A stretch of DNA of 64,000 nucleotides from assembly GCA_963665815.1 (NCBI GenBank), contig OY762463.1, positions 1,760,001-1,824,000 of the forward strand, written 5' to 3'. The notes beneath the pieces were generated by a model. That model did not search any database. It was not told the origin of the DNA and saw nothing but the letters and a program-made list of their open reading frames with translations. This document shows positions 19,951 to 30,400 of this stretch, in pieces (the first letter of the stretch is position 1; each line of letters starts with the position of its first letter). The DNA comes from Candidatus Cloacimonadales bacterium. GTDB lineage: Bacteria; Cloacimonadota; Cloacimonadia; Cloacimonadales; JAIOQZ01. A program made the position numbers and the translations under genes.

Positions 19951-21735
19951 ATGAAGAAAATACGTTTCATGGATACATCTTTCAGAGATGGGTTTCAATC
20001 GGTATTTGGTGCAAGAGTGAAAACAAAAGACTTCCTCCCGGCCATAGAAGCTTCTGTAGAAGCCGGTATCAATCACTTTGAATTTGGTGGTGGTGCCCGT
20101 TTCCAGAGTCTTTTCTTCTACTGTCAGGAAAGTGCTTTCGACATGATGGACCAGATCAGAATGACTGTAGGCCCCGAAATAGAGCTTCAAACGCTCGCCA
20201 GAGGAATCAATGTTGTTGGGCTGACTCAACAGCCTCGCGATATCATCAATATGCATGCTGAGCTGTTCAAGAAACACGGAACAACAACAATAAGAAACTT
20301 TGACGCACTTAATGATATGCGTAATCTTGATTATTCAGGAAACTGTATCAAAAATGCCGGATTAAACCACCAGATCACCATTGCTCTTATGGGTCTTCCT
20401 CCTGGAATTAAGGATACAACTGTTCACACTGCTGAATTCTACCTGGAAAAGCTTGATGAGATCAATAAACGTCAGATCCCATTCGATTCGATTGTGTTTA
20501 AAGATGCCAGTGGAACATGCCCACCGGAAATCGTCTATGAAACGGTTAAAGCAGCCAGAAAAAAAGTCGGTGACAAGGTAACTCTGTGGTATCATACTCA
20601 TGATACGGCCGGAATGGGAACAATCTGTCTTATGGCTGCCATCAGAGCCGGTATTGACGGAATCGACCTTGCTCAGGCTCCTGTATCCAGCGGAACGGGG
20701 CAACCTGACATACTTACTGTATGGCACACTCTAAAGCATACTGACTTCACTCTTGATATCGACTACGAAAAAGTCATCAGAGCAGAAAGAATCTTTGAAG
20801 AGTGCATGTCTAAATACATGATTCCACCTGAAGCAAAAAGAACTTCTCCAAACATCGTACTCTCCCCTATGCCCGGTGGTGCTCTCACTGCCAACACTAT
20901 GATGATGCGAGACACAAACACCCTGCACCTATACCCTAAAGTGATTAATGAAATGGCAGAGGTTGTAGCAAAAGGCGGTTACGGCACAAGTGTCACACCA
21001 GTATCTCAATTTTACTTCCAGCAATCCTTCATGAATGTTGTACAGGGAAAATGGAAAAAAATCACCAAAGGCTACGGAAACATGGTTCTTGGTTATTATG
21101 GAACAACTCCAAGAGAACCTGATTCTGAAATTGTAAAACTTGCATCTGATCAGCTTAAAAAACCTATATTTAAAGACAATCCGTTAGATATTCTTGAACC
21201 GGGAATACCAAATGCAAAAGATATTCTGGAAGAAAACGACATTACACAAACTGATGAAAATATATTTATAGTTGCAACCTGCCTTAATAAAGGACTTGAT
21301 TACCTCAAAGGCAATGCTCCACTTTCCATATATTACAAAGAAGACAAGAAGGAAGAACCGGCAAAACCTGTTGTACAAAAAGCTGAAGCTGAAGAATCAA
21401 TTGTTATAGAGATTCAGGGGAAAGGTATAAATCTGTCCATCACAGGTGATGAGAAGAGCAAATCAGGAGTTAAGGTTACGAGAAAGACCGTCGGCAAAGA
21501 TGCACCAAAAGGAAAATCCGTCGGTAAAGATGTAATTTCTCCTATGCCGGGAAGGATAAAAAAAGTAAAATTTTCTGAAGGCAATGAAGTAAAGGAAAAT
21601 GATGTAGTAGTAATCATTGAATTCATGAACATGGAAAATGAGATAAAAGCATATTACTCAGGTAAAATTGCGACTCTCTATGTGGAGAAAGGTCAATTTG
21701 TTGATCAGGGAAATAAACTGTTTCGCATAATGTAA
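19951..21735 (+). CDS. Pyruvate carboxylase B / oxaloacetate decarboxylase alpha-type carboxyltransferase with biotinyl-like domain
   Basis: DTSFRDGFQS, EFGGGARF, FKDASG, HTHDTAG, PMPGG and VTPVSQ motifs. C-terminal lipoyl/biotinyl fold SPMPG..EFMNMENEI. Confidence 0.9.
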   Translation: MKKIRFMDTSFRDGFQSVFGARVKTKDFLPAIEASVEAGINHFEFGGGARFQSLFFYCQESAFDMMDQIRMTVGPEIELQTLARGINVVGLTQQPRDIINMHAELFKKHGTTTIRNFDALNDMRNLDYSGNCIKNAGLNHQITIALMGLPPGIKDTTVHTAEFYLEKLDEINKRQIPFDSIVFKDASGTCPPEIVYETVKAARKKVGDKVTLWYHTHDTAGMGTICLMAAIRAGIDGIDLAQAPVSSGTGQPDILTVWHTLKHTDFTLDIDYEKVIRAERIFEECMSKYMIPPEAKRTSPNIVLSPMPGGALTANTMMMRDTNTLHLYPKVINEMAEVVAKGGYGTSVTPVSQFYFQQSFMNVVQGKWKKITKGYGNMVLGYYGTTPREPDSEIVKLASDQLKKPIFKDNPLDILEPGIPNAKDILEENDITQTDENIFIVATCLNKGLDYLKGNAPLSIYYKEDKKEEPAKPVVQKAEAEESIVIEIQGKGINLSITGDEKSKSGVKVTRKTVGKDAPKGKSVGKDVISPMPGRIKKVKFSEGNEVKENDVVVIIEFMNMENEIKAYYSGKIATLYVEKGQFVDQGNKLFRIM

Positions 21736-21784
21736 ACTTGACACAGCGACTTAAATCCCAAGTTTTGTGTTCAAGGAGATGTAT

Positions 21785-22213
21785 ATGAGATATAGAATTG
21801 CACTTATTTATGTTGTGATAATGATCGGATTATTCGGATGCTCTCGTGGAAAAGTCAAGAAAGACTTTACCGGAACATGGATTCCTGTAGACGTTGAAGT
21901 AAGCTTTTTTCAGGAAGGTTTTCAGATAGATGAATTTATTCAACCAACTCTTGTGGAAGCTGAAGAAACGATTTACACATTTCACTCTGACGGAACTGTA
22001 GAGCTCAAGTTAGTTGACTCAATCAAAACCGGAAAATGGAAATCTAAGTATTTCTCAAATACCGAGCGTGAAGTGATTATTCTTTTGTTTAAAGGTGAAA
22101 GAGAAAAGATACTTGAAGTTGTTTCCAAAAGTGAAGAAGAATTAGTTGCCAAAAGTGAATTCGCTACTGGCTATTTCACTATCAAATTCGAAAAAGAATT
22201 TGCTACTCAATAA
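21785..22213 (+). CDS. Lipocalin-like lipoprotein
   Basis: Lipobox LFGC; FTGTW, YTFHSDGT and GKW pattern; start after an AAGGAG RBS. Confidence 0.65.
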   Translation: MRYRIALIYVVIMIGLFGCSRGKVKKDFTGTWIPVDVEVSFFQEGFQIDEFIQPTLVEAEETIYTFHSDGTVELKLVDSIKTGKWKSKYFSNTEREVIILLFKGEREKILEVVSKSEEELVAKSEFATGYFTIKFEKEFATQ

Positions 22214-22925
22214 ATCTTTTAATAGAATCGACGAACTTCTTATTGTTCAGAATCATTTTTGTTCTGTTCATATCATTAAGATCTTTGTCGATTCTTTTTG
22301 CTTTATTAAGATATTTCTCAGCAGATTCCAGTAGATAGAAATATTCGGCAAATTTCTGCTTTGTTTCCTCTGTATAATCAATTTTATCTCTACCGGCTTT
22401 CATTGTTTCAATTTTGTTTATTCTTACATGGTATGCGGCAAGACGTTTGAATTCAAGAATAGTAAAGTATCCCATATTGTTAAATTGCCATGCTTCAATA
22501 TCAGGTTTTCCAAGCAGATTAGCACATCTTGCGGCAATCTTCAAATCCTCAATCTGAGCAGGGAAATTGTTTTCATTCCTGTGTGTTTCCAGATCAGCCT
22601 TTGCTTCTCTGTACTTTTCCCACAATTCATAATCGGATAATTGAGTAAGTTCTTCAGCAATTACGTCCTCGGATGCCTCCTCTTCAGATTCATCAGCATC
22701 TTCCACTGCAGCAGTATCTTTATCAGAGCTGTCATTAACAGTCTTCTGCAATGAATCCTGTGATTCCGTCAAAGTGTCATCTTCAATAGTTGTAACATGA
22801 TTATACTCGGTATGTTCCTGCTCAATGTGTTTCTTTTCACCACTACAGGATACTATGCCTGCTAAAAGCCCGGCAATAATTATTCCTAAAAGAATCGCTA
22901 AATATTGTCTCTTATACATATCCAT
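22203..22925 (-). CDS. Hypothetical lipoprotein with acidic linker and helical C-terminal domain
   Basis: Lipobox IVSC and D/E-rich linker; coupled to the HAD gene. Confidence 0.65.
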   Translation of the reverse strand: MDMYKRQYLAILLGIIIAGLLAGIVSCSGEKKHIEQEHTEYNHVTTIEDDTLTESQDSLQKTVNDSSDKDTAAVEDADESEEEASEDVIAEELTQLSDYELWEKYREAKADLETHRNENNFPAQIEDLKIAARCANLLGKPDIEAWQFNNMGYFTILEFKRLAAYHVRINKIETMKAGRDKIDYTEETKQKFAEYFYLLESAEKYLNKAKRIDKDLNDMNRTKMILNNKKFVDSIKRFIE

Positions 22926-23590
22926 TAAAAAATATAATCATTATCCGTTTTAAGCAAAGTATTAAAATCTTTCACAAAATAATCTGCAGTTTCCTTAATA
23001 CTTTCCCATTCGGCAGGGTTATTTTCATCAAGAACAGCTATAACAGTCATTCCTGCAGCCTTAGCTGCCTGTACACCAGCCAGGACATCTTCAAATACAA
23101 GACAATCCTGTGGATCAACCTTCATGTTTTCGGCTGCTTTCAGGAAGATATCAGGAAACGGTTTCCCTTTTATATTCTCGTTTCCATATACTATGGACTC
23201 AAAGAAATTCAAAGCATTATTCGCTTTCAACGCAGTTAATGTCAATTCTTCCGTATTACTTGTACCAATTGAGACAGGTATATTTCTTTCTCTCAGGAAC
23301 TTCAGCATTTCACATGCTCCGGGTTTCATCCTGACACTGTTATCATAATGCTCTTTGACCATCAAAGTCCATTCATTCATTATTTCTTCCGGTGTCTCCT
23401 GAAGATCAAACTTCCTTTTAAAATACAACGCCATCTCAACATAATTGTTACCACCGTCAAGGTCTTCAAACAAATTATCAGGCACGTCGATATTTCTCTT
23501 TGTGAGGAATTCTTTGTCAACAGAATTCCATATTCCCATTGAATCTATCAGTGTTCCGTCCAGATCAAATATTACAGCTTTATACTTCAT
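22925..23590 (-). CDS. HAD-family phosphatase (beta-phosphoglucomutase-like, subfamily IA)
   Basis: IFDLDGTLIDS, GTSN, GKPFPDIF and FEDVLAGVQAA motifs. Confidence 0.92.
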   Translation of the reverse strand: MKYKAVIFDLDGTLIDSMGIWNSVDKEFLTKRNIDVPDNLFEDLDGGNNYVEMALYFKRKFDLQETPEEIMNEWTLMVKEHYDNSVRMKPGACEMLKFLRERNIPVSIGTSNTEELTLTALKANNALNFFESIVYGNENIKGKPFPDIFLKAAENMKVDPQDCLVFEDVLAGVQAAKAAGMTVIAVLDENNPAEWESIKETADYFVKDFNTLLKTDNDYIF

Positions 23591-23601
23591 ACAGTCTCCA
23601 T

Positions 23602-24573
23602 TTACTTAAGCAGTCTCTGCCTGATTCTTGAACTGAACATGTCCATTATCCAGACAGTTGCAGCAATCATCCACATTATCATTCCCACGTTTCTCCAGGC
23701 AAGTAATCCCTGCTGCTGCTGAAGAAACAGACCTATACCGCCACCACCGACAAAACCGACGATGGTAGCCATTCTCACGTTAATATCCCAGCGATATATT
23801 GTAAATGCCAGGAAAGGTGTCAAAATCTGTGGTGTAACAGCATAAATCCAAACTTGTAGTGTTGTTGCACCTGTAGACTTTATTGCATCTACAGGTCCGT
23901 TATCTATATTTTCAATCTGCTCTGAAAACAGCTTCGTCAAAGCAGCTATTGAATGTATCATTAAAGCCAGCATCCCAGCAAATGGCCCTATACCAACCCA
24001 GACACTAAAGATAATCGCCCAGACTATTGCTTCAATAGACCTGCCTATTGTTGCAAATGTCCTCACAATATAATATATAATCCGTGTCAGCCAGTTATGA
24101 ATCATAAGATTACGGGCAGCAATAAAGCTGAAAACAAAGGCAAACGGGACAGCAAACAATGTTGCAAGCAACGCAAGAAATATTGTTTCTGCAAGTGCTG
24201 CAGCATATACTCTGAATTCTGTAAAATCAGGATTGATCAAACCTTTAACAATATTGCCCGACCTCATGAATCTGGTAAAAAACTTCACCGGGTCAATCTC
24301 AACTATCTTCCAGCCTACAACTAATGTAAGCAGAAGAATAAATGCCACTGACCAGAACCAGAAAGACTTACTCCAGACAGCATTTCCTCCGCTACCGAAC
24401 AATTTGTGAACGGGAGATCTGCCGGAAACAGTAAAGACGAGTGTAAAAAATGCTGTAGCTGCATAAAAAATAAATACCGGATTTATCAGTTCATGTGTTA
24501 TATAGGTAATGCAACCGGAGATATATGCACTCAGAATAAGATTCCAGATAAAGATCTGCATAATGCGTTTCAT
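23602..24573 (-). CDS. phnE: Phosphonate/phosphite ABC transporter permease
   Basis: GIGPFAGMLAL, KLFSEQIENIDNGP and YRWDINVRMATIVGFVGGGGIG motifs. Confidence 0.92.
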   Translation of the reverse strand: MKRIMQIFIWNLILSAYISGCITYITHELINPVFIFYAATAFFTLVFTVSGRSPVHKLFGSGGNAVWSKSFWFWSVAFILLLTLVVGWKIVEIDPVKFFTRFMRSGNIVKGLINPDFTEFRVYAAALAETIFLALLATLFAVPFAFVFSFIAARNLMIHNWLTRIIYYIVRTFATIGRSIEAIVWAIIFSVWVGIGPFAGMLALMIHSIAALTKLFSEQIENIDNGPVDAIKSTGATTLQVWIYAVTPQILTPFLAFTIYRWDINVRMATIVGFVGGGGIGLFLQQQQGLLAWRNVGMIMWMIAATVWIMDMFSSRIRQRLLK

Positions 24574-25322
24574 CTGATTTCCACCTTAGCTGCGTCTTCC
24601 CCATATATATTCCTGAACACTTCGTCCGTTATCTCATCCGGTTTACCATCAAAACGGACTTTTCCGTCTTTCAAAGCAACAACCCTTGTTCCGTACTTCC
24701 TGGCAAGACTCAGAAAATGCAGAGAACAGATAACTGTTTTGCCTTCGCTGCTGTTAATATCACCAAGATACTTCATTACACTGTCGGCAGTAGCCGGATC
24801 AAGACTTGCTACGGGTTCATCTGCCAGAATCAGTTCTGGATTCTGCATTAGAACTCTGGCAATAGCAACCCTCTGCTGCTGTCCACCGGAGAGTTTTCCT
24901 GCCTTCTGAAATTTCTGTTTTTCCAACCCGACACGTTTCAGGCAATCCTCTGCTTTTTGCCTGTCCGAGTTTGACCAGACAAGTGTTTTTATACCTGATC
25001 TGGAACCAAGTGCACCGGTTAAAACATTTCTGATAGAACTGAGATTGTTAATCAGATTGAATTGCTGGAAAATCATACCAATCTTTATTCTGTATTGCCT
25101 AAGTTCATCTGACTTCAGACTAAGAACATCGATTGAGTTATAATTTATTGATCCACCGGTAGGTTCAATAAGCCTGTTTATTGACCGTAATAATGTAGAT
25201 TTCCCGGAACCTGAAAGTCCAAGCAGAACAATGAATTCACCTTTTTCAACCTTCAGGTCAATTCCTTTCAGACCGTAGTTGCCTTCAGGAAACCTCATTT
25301 CAAGATTTTCTATTGTAAGCAT
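24570..25322 (-). CDS. phnC: Phosphonate ABC transporter ATPase
   Basis: Walker A GLSGSGKS, LSGGQQQRVAIAR and ILADEPVASLDP motifs. Confidence 0.95.
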   Translation of the reverse strand: MLTIENLEMRFPEGNYGLKGIDLKVEKGEFIVLLGLSGSGKSTLLRSINRLIEPTGGSINYNSIDVLSLKSDELRQYRIKIGMIFQQFNLINNLSSIRNVLTGALGSRSGIKTLVWSNSDRQKAEDCLKRVGLEKQKFQKAGKLSGGQQQRVAIARVLMQNPELILADEPVASLDPATADSVMKYLGDINSSEGKTVICSLHFLSLARKYGTRVVALKDGKVRFDGKPDEITDEVFRNIYGEDAAKVEIR

Positions 25323-25337
25323 TATATATTGACTTTC

Positions 25338-26255
25338 TTATTTATTAACAAAATCTGAAGCTGATTTTCCAAGTGTTTCCAGAGTTTTTCGGACAACATC
25401 GTAATCTGAGTTTTTAGCTTTAATCAGTCCATCAATATTATAAAGCTTATCCATCACTTTTCTTCCCTGTTCGGTGTCTACCAACTTGAGCATTCCAGTA
25501 ATCAGGTTTTGCTTCATTGTTTCATCGAACTTTTCACGGAAAGTAACTGTATCGTTTGGGATCCACTCTGTGAAACCGATTGGGACCACCACTTCCATAA
25601 CATCAGGCAAAGTTTTAAGGACTGATCTTCTGGCATCCTGAGGAATACCTGTTTTATCAATTGGCGACCAGTATGTACAACCTACATCTACATTTCCGTT
25701 GTATACTGCTAATATAGCCTGAGGATGTCCACCTGCAAAAATCTCTTTACTTGTTTCTATCCCATTCTGATGTAAAATTGCTGACGGATAAATATAACCG
25801 GATGTTGAAGCAACATCGGTATATGCAATTGTTTTTCCTGCAATATCTTCAATTTTCTTAATATCGCTGTCTGCTCTTGCAACAAACTGTCCTCGGTAGC
25901 TATGCAATCCTTTTCTTACTGTCATCAGTTCAACATCAGCATTGTATTTTTCATGTGCCATTATGTAGGCAAATGTAGGCAGCCAGGCAATATCACATTC
26001 TCCTGTTCCCAGTGCTTCAATCACTGCAGCGTAGCTCAAAGGAACAACAACCTTAATGTGAAGCCCAGTAAGCTCGAGGAGTCTGTCTGCAATTACTTTT
26101 CCGGAGGATACCACATTGGCAGCTTCCATTGAAGGAACAAAATACATTTTTATCGGGTTTTTCTCAGAACCCAGTTCAGCTTTATTCTCTGAACAGCTCA
26201 TTATAAACAAACTTGCTATAATTACAAAAACAATGTATAAATAATATTTTTTCAA
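25338..26255 (-). CDS. phnD: Phosphate/phosphite/phosphonate ABC substrate-binding lipoprotein
   Basis: Lipobox IMSC; SYAAVIEAL, STSGYIYP, GGH and IPND motifs; TTG start. Confidence 0.9.
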   Translation of the reverse strand: MKKYYLYIVFVIIASLFIMSCSENKAELGSEKNPIKMYFVPSMEAANVVSSGKVIADRLLELTGLHIKVVVPLSYAAVIEALGTGECDIAWLPTFAYIMAHEKYNADVELMTVRKGLHSYRGQFVARADSDIKKIEDIAGKTIAYTDVASTSGYIYPSAILHQNGIETSKEIFAGGHPQAILAVYNGNVDVGCTYWSPIDKTGIPQDARRSVLKTLPDVMEVVVPIGFTEWIPNDTVTFREKFDETMKQNLITGMLKLVDTEQGRKVMDKLYNIDGLIKAKNSDYDVVRKTLETLGKSASDFVNK

Positions 26256-26268
26256 TCTAACCTCTTAT

Positions 26269-26502
26269 CTATTTAAGTCTCTCTCTAACTTCCTTAACCA
26301 TTTTGAAGTAAATTACAGGTCCGATAATCTCAATTAAAGCAACAAAACGCCACAGAAGTTTTGGACCAACTATTTCTTTCCTATCTCTCTTAGTAATATC
26401 TACCTGAGCAATAATCATAAGGATTAATGCTATTGAACCGAAAAAAGCAGCTCCGATTTTTGCCGGAAGCGGTATTTCTTTCCATTTTATATTCAGTCTC
26501 AT
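26269..26502 (-). CDS. Small membrane protein, PLDc_N-like two-helix hairpin
   Basis: IIAQVDI...GPKLLW..V..I.IIGPVIYF pattern; ATG 26502 after a GGAGG RBS. Confidence 0.7.
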   Translation of the reverse strand: MRLNIKWKEIPLPAKIGAAFFGSIALILMIIAQVDITKRDRKEIVGPKLLWRFVALIEIIGPVIYFKMVKEVRERLK

Positions 26503-26809
26503 ATTTTCCTCCATTATTAAACAATATAAAAGAAAATAAATGTCAAGAAAAAGCAAAAAGAAAAGATGAGTATCAATCAGATGTTATCCTTAAGTGATAT
26601 TTATAGATACGAAATCTATCAACATCAAAGAGATTGAGTTCCCGTTTGAAAACCAGCATCAGCTCTGTAGAACAATATTTGAGAAAGCAAGGCAATCTTT
26701 TGGTTTGTATATGCTAATTTGAAAATAAAACTTGATTTATTTTTATTTGATTTCAAACATGTAATTAATTTTGGTGGGTTGGACCCGTAATATAAGTTTG
26801 GAGATAAGT

Positions 26810-27189
26810 ATGCCATTAAAGTTCACTGCTAATCAAGATAAGGGTTACTTTCAGATAGAATTTTATGGAAAAATTTCTGATGAGGATCTTATTAAAAGCT
26901 ATAATTTTTTTTCTCAGAAAGATGGATTCCCGGATATAATGAGTTTGTCGACCTTAGTGATGCAGACATTGTTAGCTTATCCAGTGAAGCGATAAGAGAT
27001 TTAGTTTCAATGACTGAATCTGCATATACGACCCAAGATGTATCTGGTGTAAGAATAGCAATTTACTCTCCAACCGATCTACCTTATGGTTTATCCAGAA
27101 TGTACAGAGCAATGCAAAATGAATCTTTGCAGACAATTGAAGTTTTCAGATCTAAAGATGATGCAATATCATGGGTTGAAACATCTTAA
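26810..27189 (+). pseudogene. SpoIIAA/STAS-SEC14-like small protein split by a frameshift at a T8 tract
   Basis: Frame 1 reads MPLKFTANQDKGYFQIEFYGKISDEDLIKSYNFF. The -1 frame continues SERWIPGYNEFVDLSDAD...RIAIYSPTDLPYGLSRMY...IEVFRSKDDAISWVETS*. One extra T at 26905-26912 restores a 126 aa ORF. Confidence 0.75.
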
Positions 27190-27419
27190 ATATAGTACTA
27201 CTATAGCGACTGTGAATTAATAGATTATTTATTACTTATCTGAAGATCGGTATTAACTCACTTCTTGTATCAGAGGGCTAAGTTATAATGGCTTGGTAAA
27301 AAGGCTTGAACTCCCGCTTGAATCCTGAAATCACCTGCCCATACAAATAACGAAAGAGGAAGAAAGTCTATCTCAATCTATCGACTGATACAAACTCACT
27401 TCCTCTTCTCCGAGATTAT

Positions 27420-30400
27420 TTAAATCTCTATTTCTCCTACAAACATTATGTCTTTATTCTTCTTGAGTTTCACTTCAATACGTTTGACTTTCTGATCAGA
27501 CTTACCATAATTTGTATAGATCGAAGCATACACAATCACCGAGCCTGTCAGCTCCTGACGGCTTTCCGAATAATACTTGGCTTTAATCCTGTAGGTGCCT
27601 TTCTCAGCCTTTCTGATAGTGTATTCTTCCGGACCATAGCCCTGGGTAAAGTCTTTGCTGAGTTTACCGCCTGATTTAGTGTTCTTGTTTTGATAATAAC
27701 ACTTTTCTCCACTTGGCTCAATAACCCATAAATCAATGTCGTTGTCGTTGCTGCTCCAATCCAGAACAATCCGTACGTCATACTCAAATGGATGGATCAG
27801 GTCTGTATTGATATCCGAGAGATCCAGTTGATCCCTATGCCCGGATATCAAACTGTTCATTTCGTTTATGATGATCGGTTTAGTATCAGAGAATCTCTCC
27901 CATCTATTATTCATAATGTGATTGAATGTATCCAGAGCCATCTGGAGTTTGCCGGCTGCCTGATATGCAAGTGCAAGATCTCTGTATGATTGCGGTTCTT
28001 CCGGTCTCAGCTTCTTTACTTCCTCAAAAAGAATGATAGCCGGATCATACTTGCCGATTTCTACAAGCTTCTTAGCCAGAATACGCATTAAAACAGGATT
28101 CTCCAGATCAATCTCAACCATATTAGTAAATACCCTGTATGCCTCTTCCAGTCTCTGCTTTTCTACCAGTGCTTTGGCAGAATTGAAGTAGAAGTAAGGA
28201 TTATTAAAATCCTCTTTCTTCTGCCTATAATATAGTTCCCAGAACTCTTCAATGTCAGCTTTTCGCATTCTCTTGATGTACTCAGTATTGCTGCTCCAGC
28301 CGGCAACATTAATACCGGATTTATCGCCACCCTTACTTTTCTTACTCCCGCTTCTTCCTCTTTCGACAATATTCATTACGCCTGATTGAGTGTTTCCATA
28401 ACCTTCGGGTGAGTTGAACGTTTCACTTGAACTGCGAACTGCATCATCATCTACAGAAAGTGATGCACCTCCATCAATCATAATGGTTGTTTCGTTAGCT
28501 CTTCCACCTCTTGCATGAGATACTCCACCAACTGTAACAGTTCCGGGACTGTTCTCCATAAACTGGCTTATTGATGAGCTTTCAATTGTCTCAACCATTT
28601 CAAGGTCATCTTCATTTGCTTCTTCTCCGATATCATCAATAACAATTTCCTGAGCCTTAATTCTTCTGATACCCTGTTGTTCAAATGATCGTGCCGGCTC
28701 TGAACTGGTTTCTCTTCGAGATGATCCGGATTTGGAACTAAGCAATTTAGGCTTACGATCTGTTACTGTAATAGCACTGGTTTTTATTGTAGCGAACCCT
28801 AATTCTGCATTCAATTCTATACTTTCATTGTCTTTAATTTTAACATCATTGATTTCCGCTTCCCTATACCCCATTCTTTTAAATTTGATAGTGTAAATCC
28901 CTTCTTCAAGTCCTGTAACATAATATTTACCAACCTCATTTGTCATAGCATTAGCAACCAATGAATTTCCGAGATAAACCAGAATAATAGCACCATGTAG
29001 AGGCTCTCCCTTTCTATTTGACACCACTCCAGATACTCCACTTTTTCCAGTACCACTTATCTTTACTATCTTCGAAGTCAGCTCTTTATTTAGTTCAACG
29101 TCTTGATTGAGTATAGTTTGTTTCCCCATCTCAATTTTTACGTTCTCAATCTTGACGTTTTCAATTTCTCTCGATGAAAATACAAGAGTATAAACTGAAG
29201 GAATAATTCCATCAATCCGGTACTCTCCATTTTTATCTGTCATTGCAGAGTTCACACATTTTCCATGTTTCTTGACAGTTACTCTTACGTACTGCATTGC
29301 TTCACCATATTGGTTGATAATCACACCTGCCACTGAACCCATTTTGTCTTTAGGATAATACCATCTAAATAGTTTCTGAACGAATCTGAAATTCTCCATA
29401 AATGGCACTTTCTTTTTTATTTCTTTTTTGCTGTTACTTATACGGGCAACCTGTCTTTTAAAGCTTTCTGTCTGCAACTCAGGCGGAGGTTCTATGCCGT
29501 GTCTGATGTAGTCCTGAAGCCTGTCCAGTACAAGCAGAGATGTGTTTTGGGTCACAATTGTGTGCTCCCTTGCCAGATTAAGCAGTTTTTCCTTGTTCTC
29601 TTCATAATCCTGTTCAAGATACTGTATTTTCTTTACAGCCCAGATTCTCTGCACCTTTGCTTGAGCGTCTTTATTGATCATAACGTTTTTAGTTATCTTC
29701 TCACCGTTAATCCTGCCAAAACTGATTTCCAGCTCAGCTTCATCCGACCCGAGCAGTCCGACCATCTCAAATGTTTTACCATAGGAGCTCATACTCTTTG
29801 GATAGACCTCGTATACATTGCCGTCAACTTCCTCAAGAGAAAGAAATCTCTGGCTGACAGTGTTTATTCTCTGCAATGCTTCGTCTACAGACAGCTTTCT
29901 AAGGTTAAGATATTCTCCACCGGATTCACCTGATAGCTTCTTCAGGTAGCCATAGTTACTGCCTGTACTGGATGAAATGGTGTATGCCGGTACATCACCC
30001 AGGGTTATATTCTCTTTCCCCAGTGTATTTATTCCGTCTGAGAAAAGCAGAATCTCATCCGCTTTTACAGTAAAATCCAGATTCATCAGGTTTGTTCCAC
30101 CGTCATATTTAAGCTCTTCCAGATAACTCTTTACATGATTCGATATACTCTTACCGGTAAATACTTTCTTATCGTGAATCTCATTGCTGAAAGTAATAAT
30201 CTCTACTTTTGCACCTTCGGGGAGTGTTTTCAGATAAGCTGAAAGGAATGCTGTTTCCTTTTCAATATCTCGTTTATCACCGGAGTTTGAAACATCCCAG
30301 TAAACTGTCAGCATTTGGGGTATACTCTTCGTCTCTGATTTGAATACAGGTGGTTCCATTGTTATATAGAAATAGGTTTCACCTTCGTATTCACTGGTGT

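Noticed and set aside
26625-26816. 63-aa minus-strand ORF
   Set aside because: No recognisable motif or RBS; it overlaps the upstream region of the frameshifted gene.
27350-27412. Inverted repeat AAGAGGAAG...CTTCCTCTT downstream of VIT paralogue 1 as a terminator or ncRNA
   Set aside because: Short purine/pyrimidine stem with a loop of about 35 nt and no clear U-tract; no family recognised.
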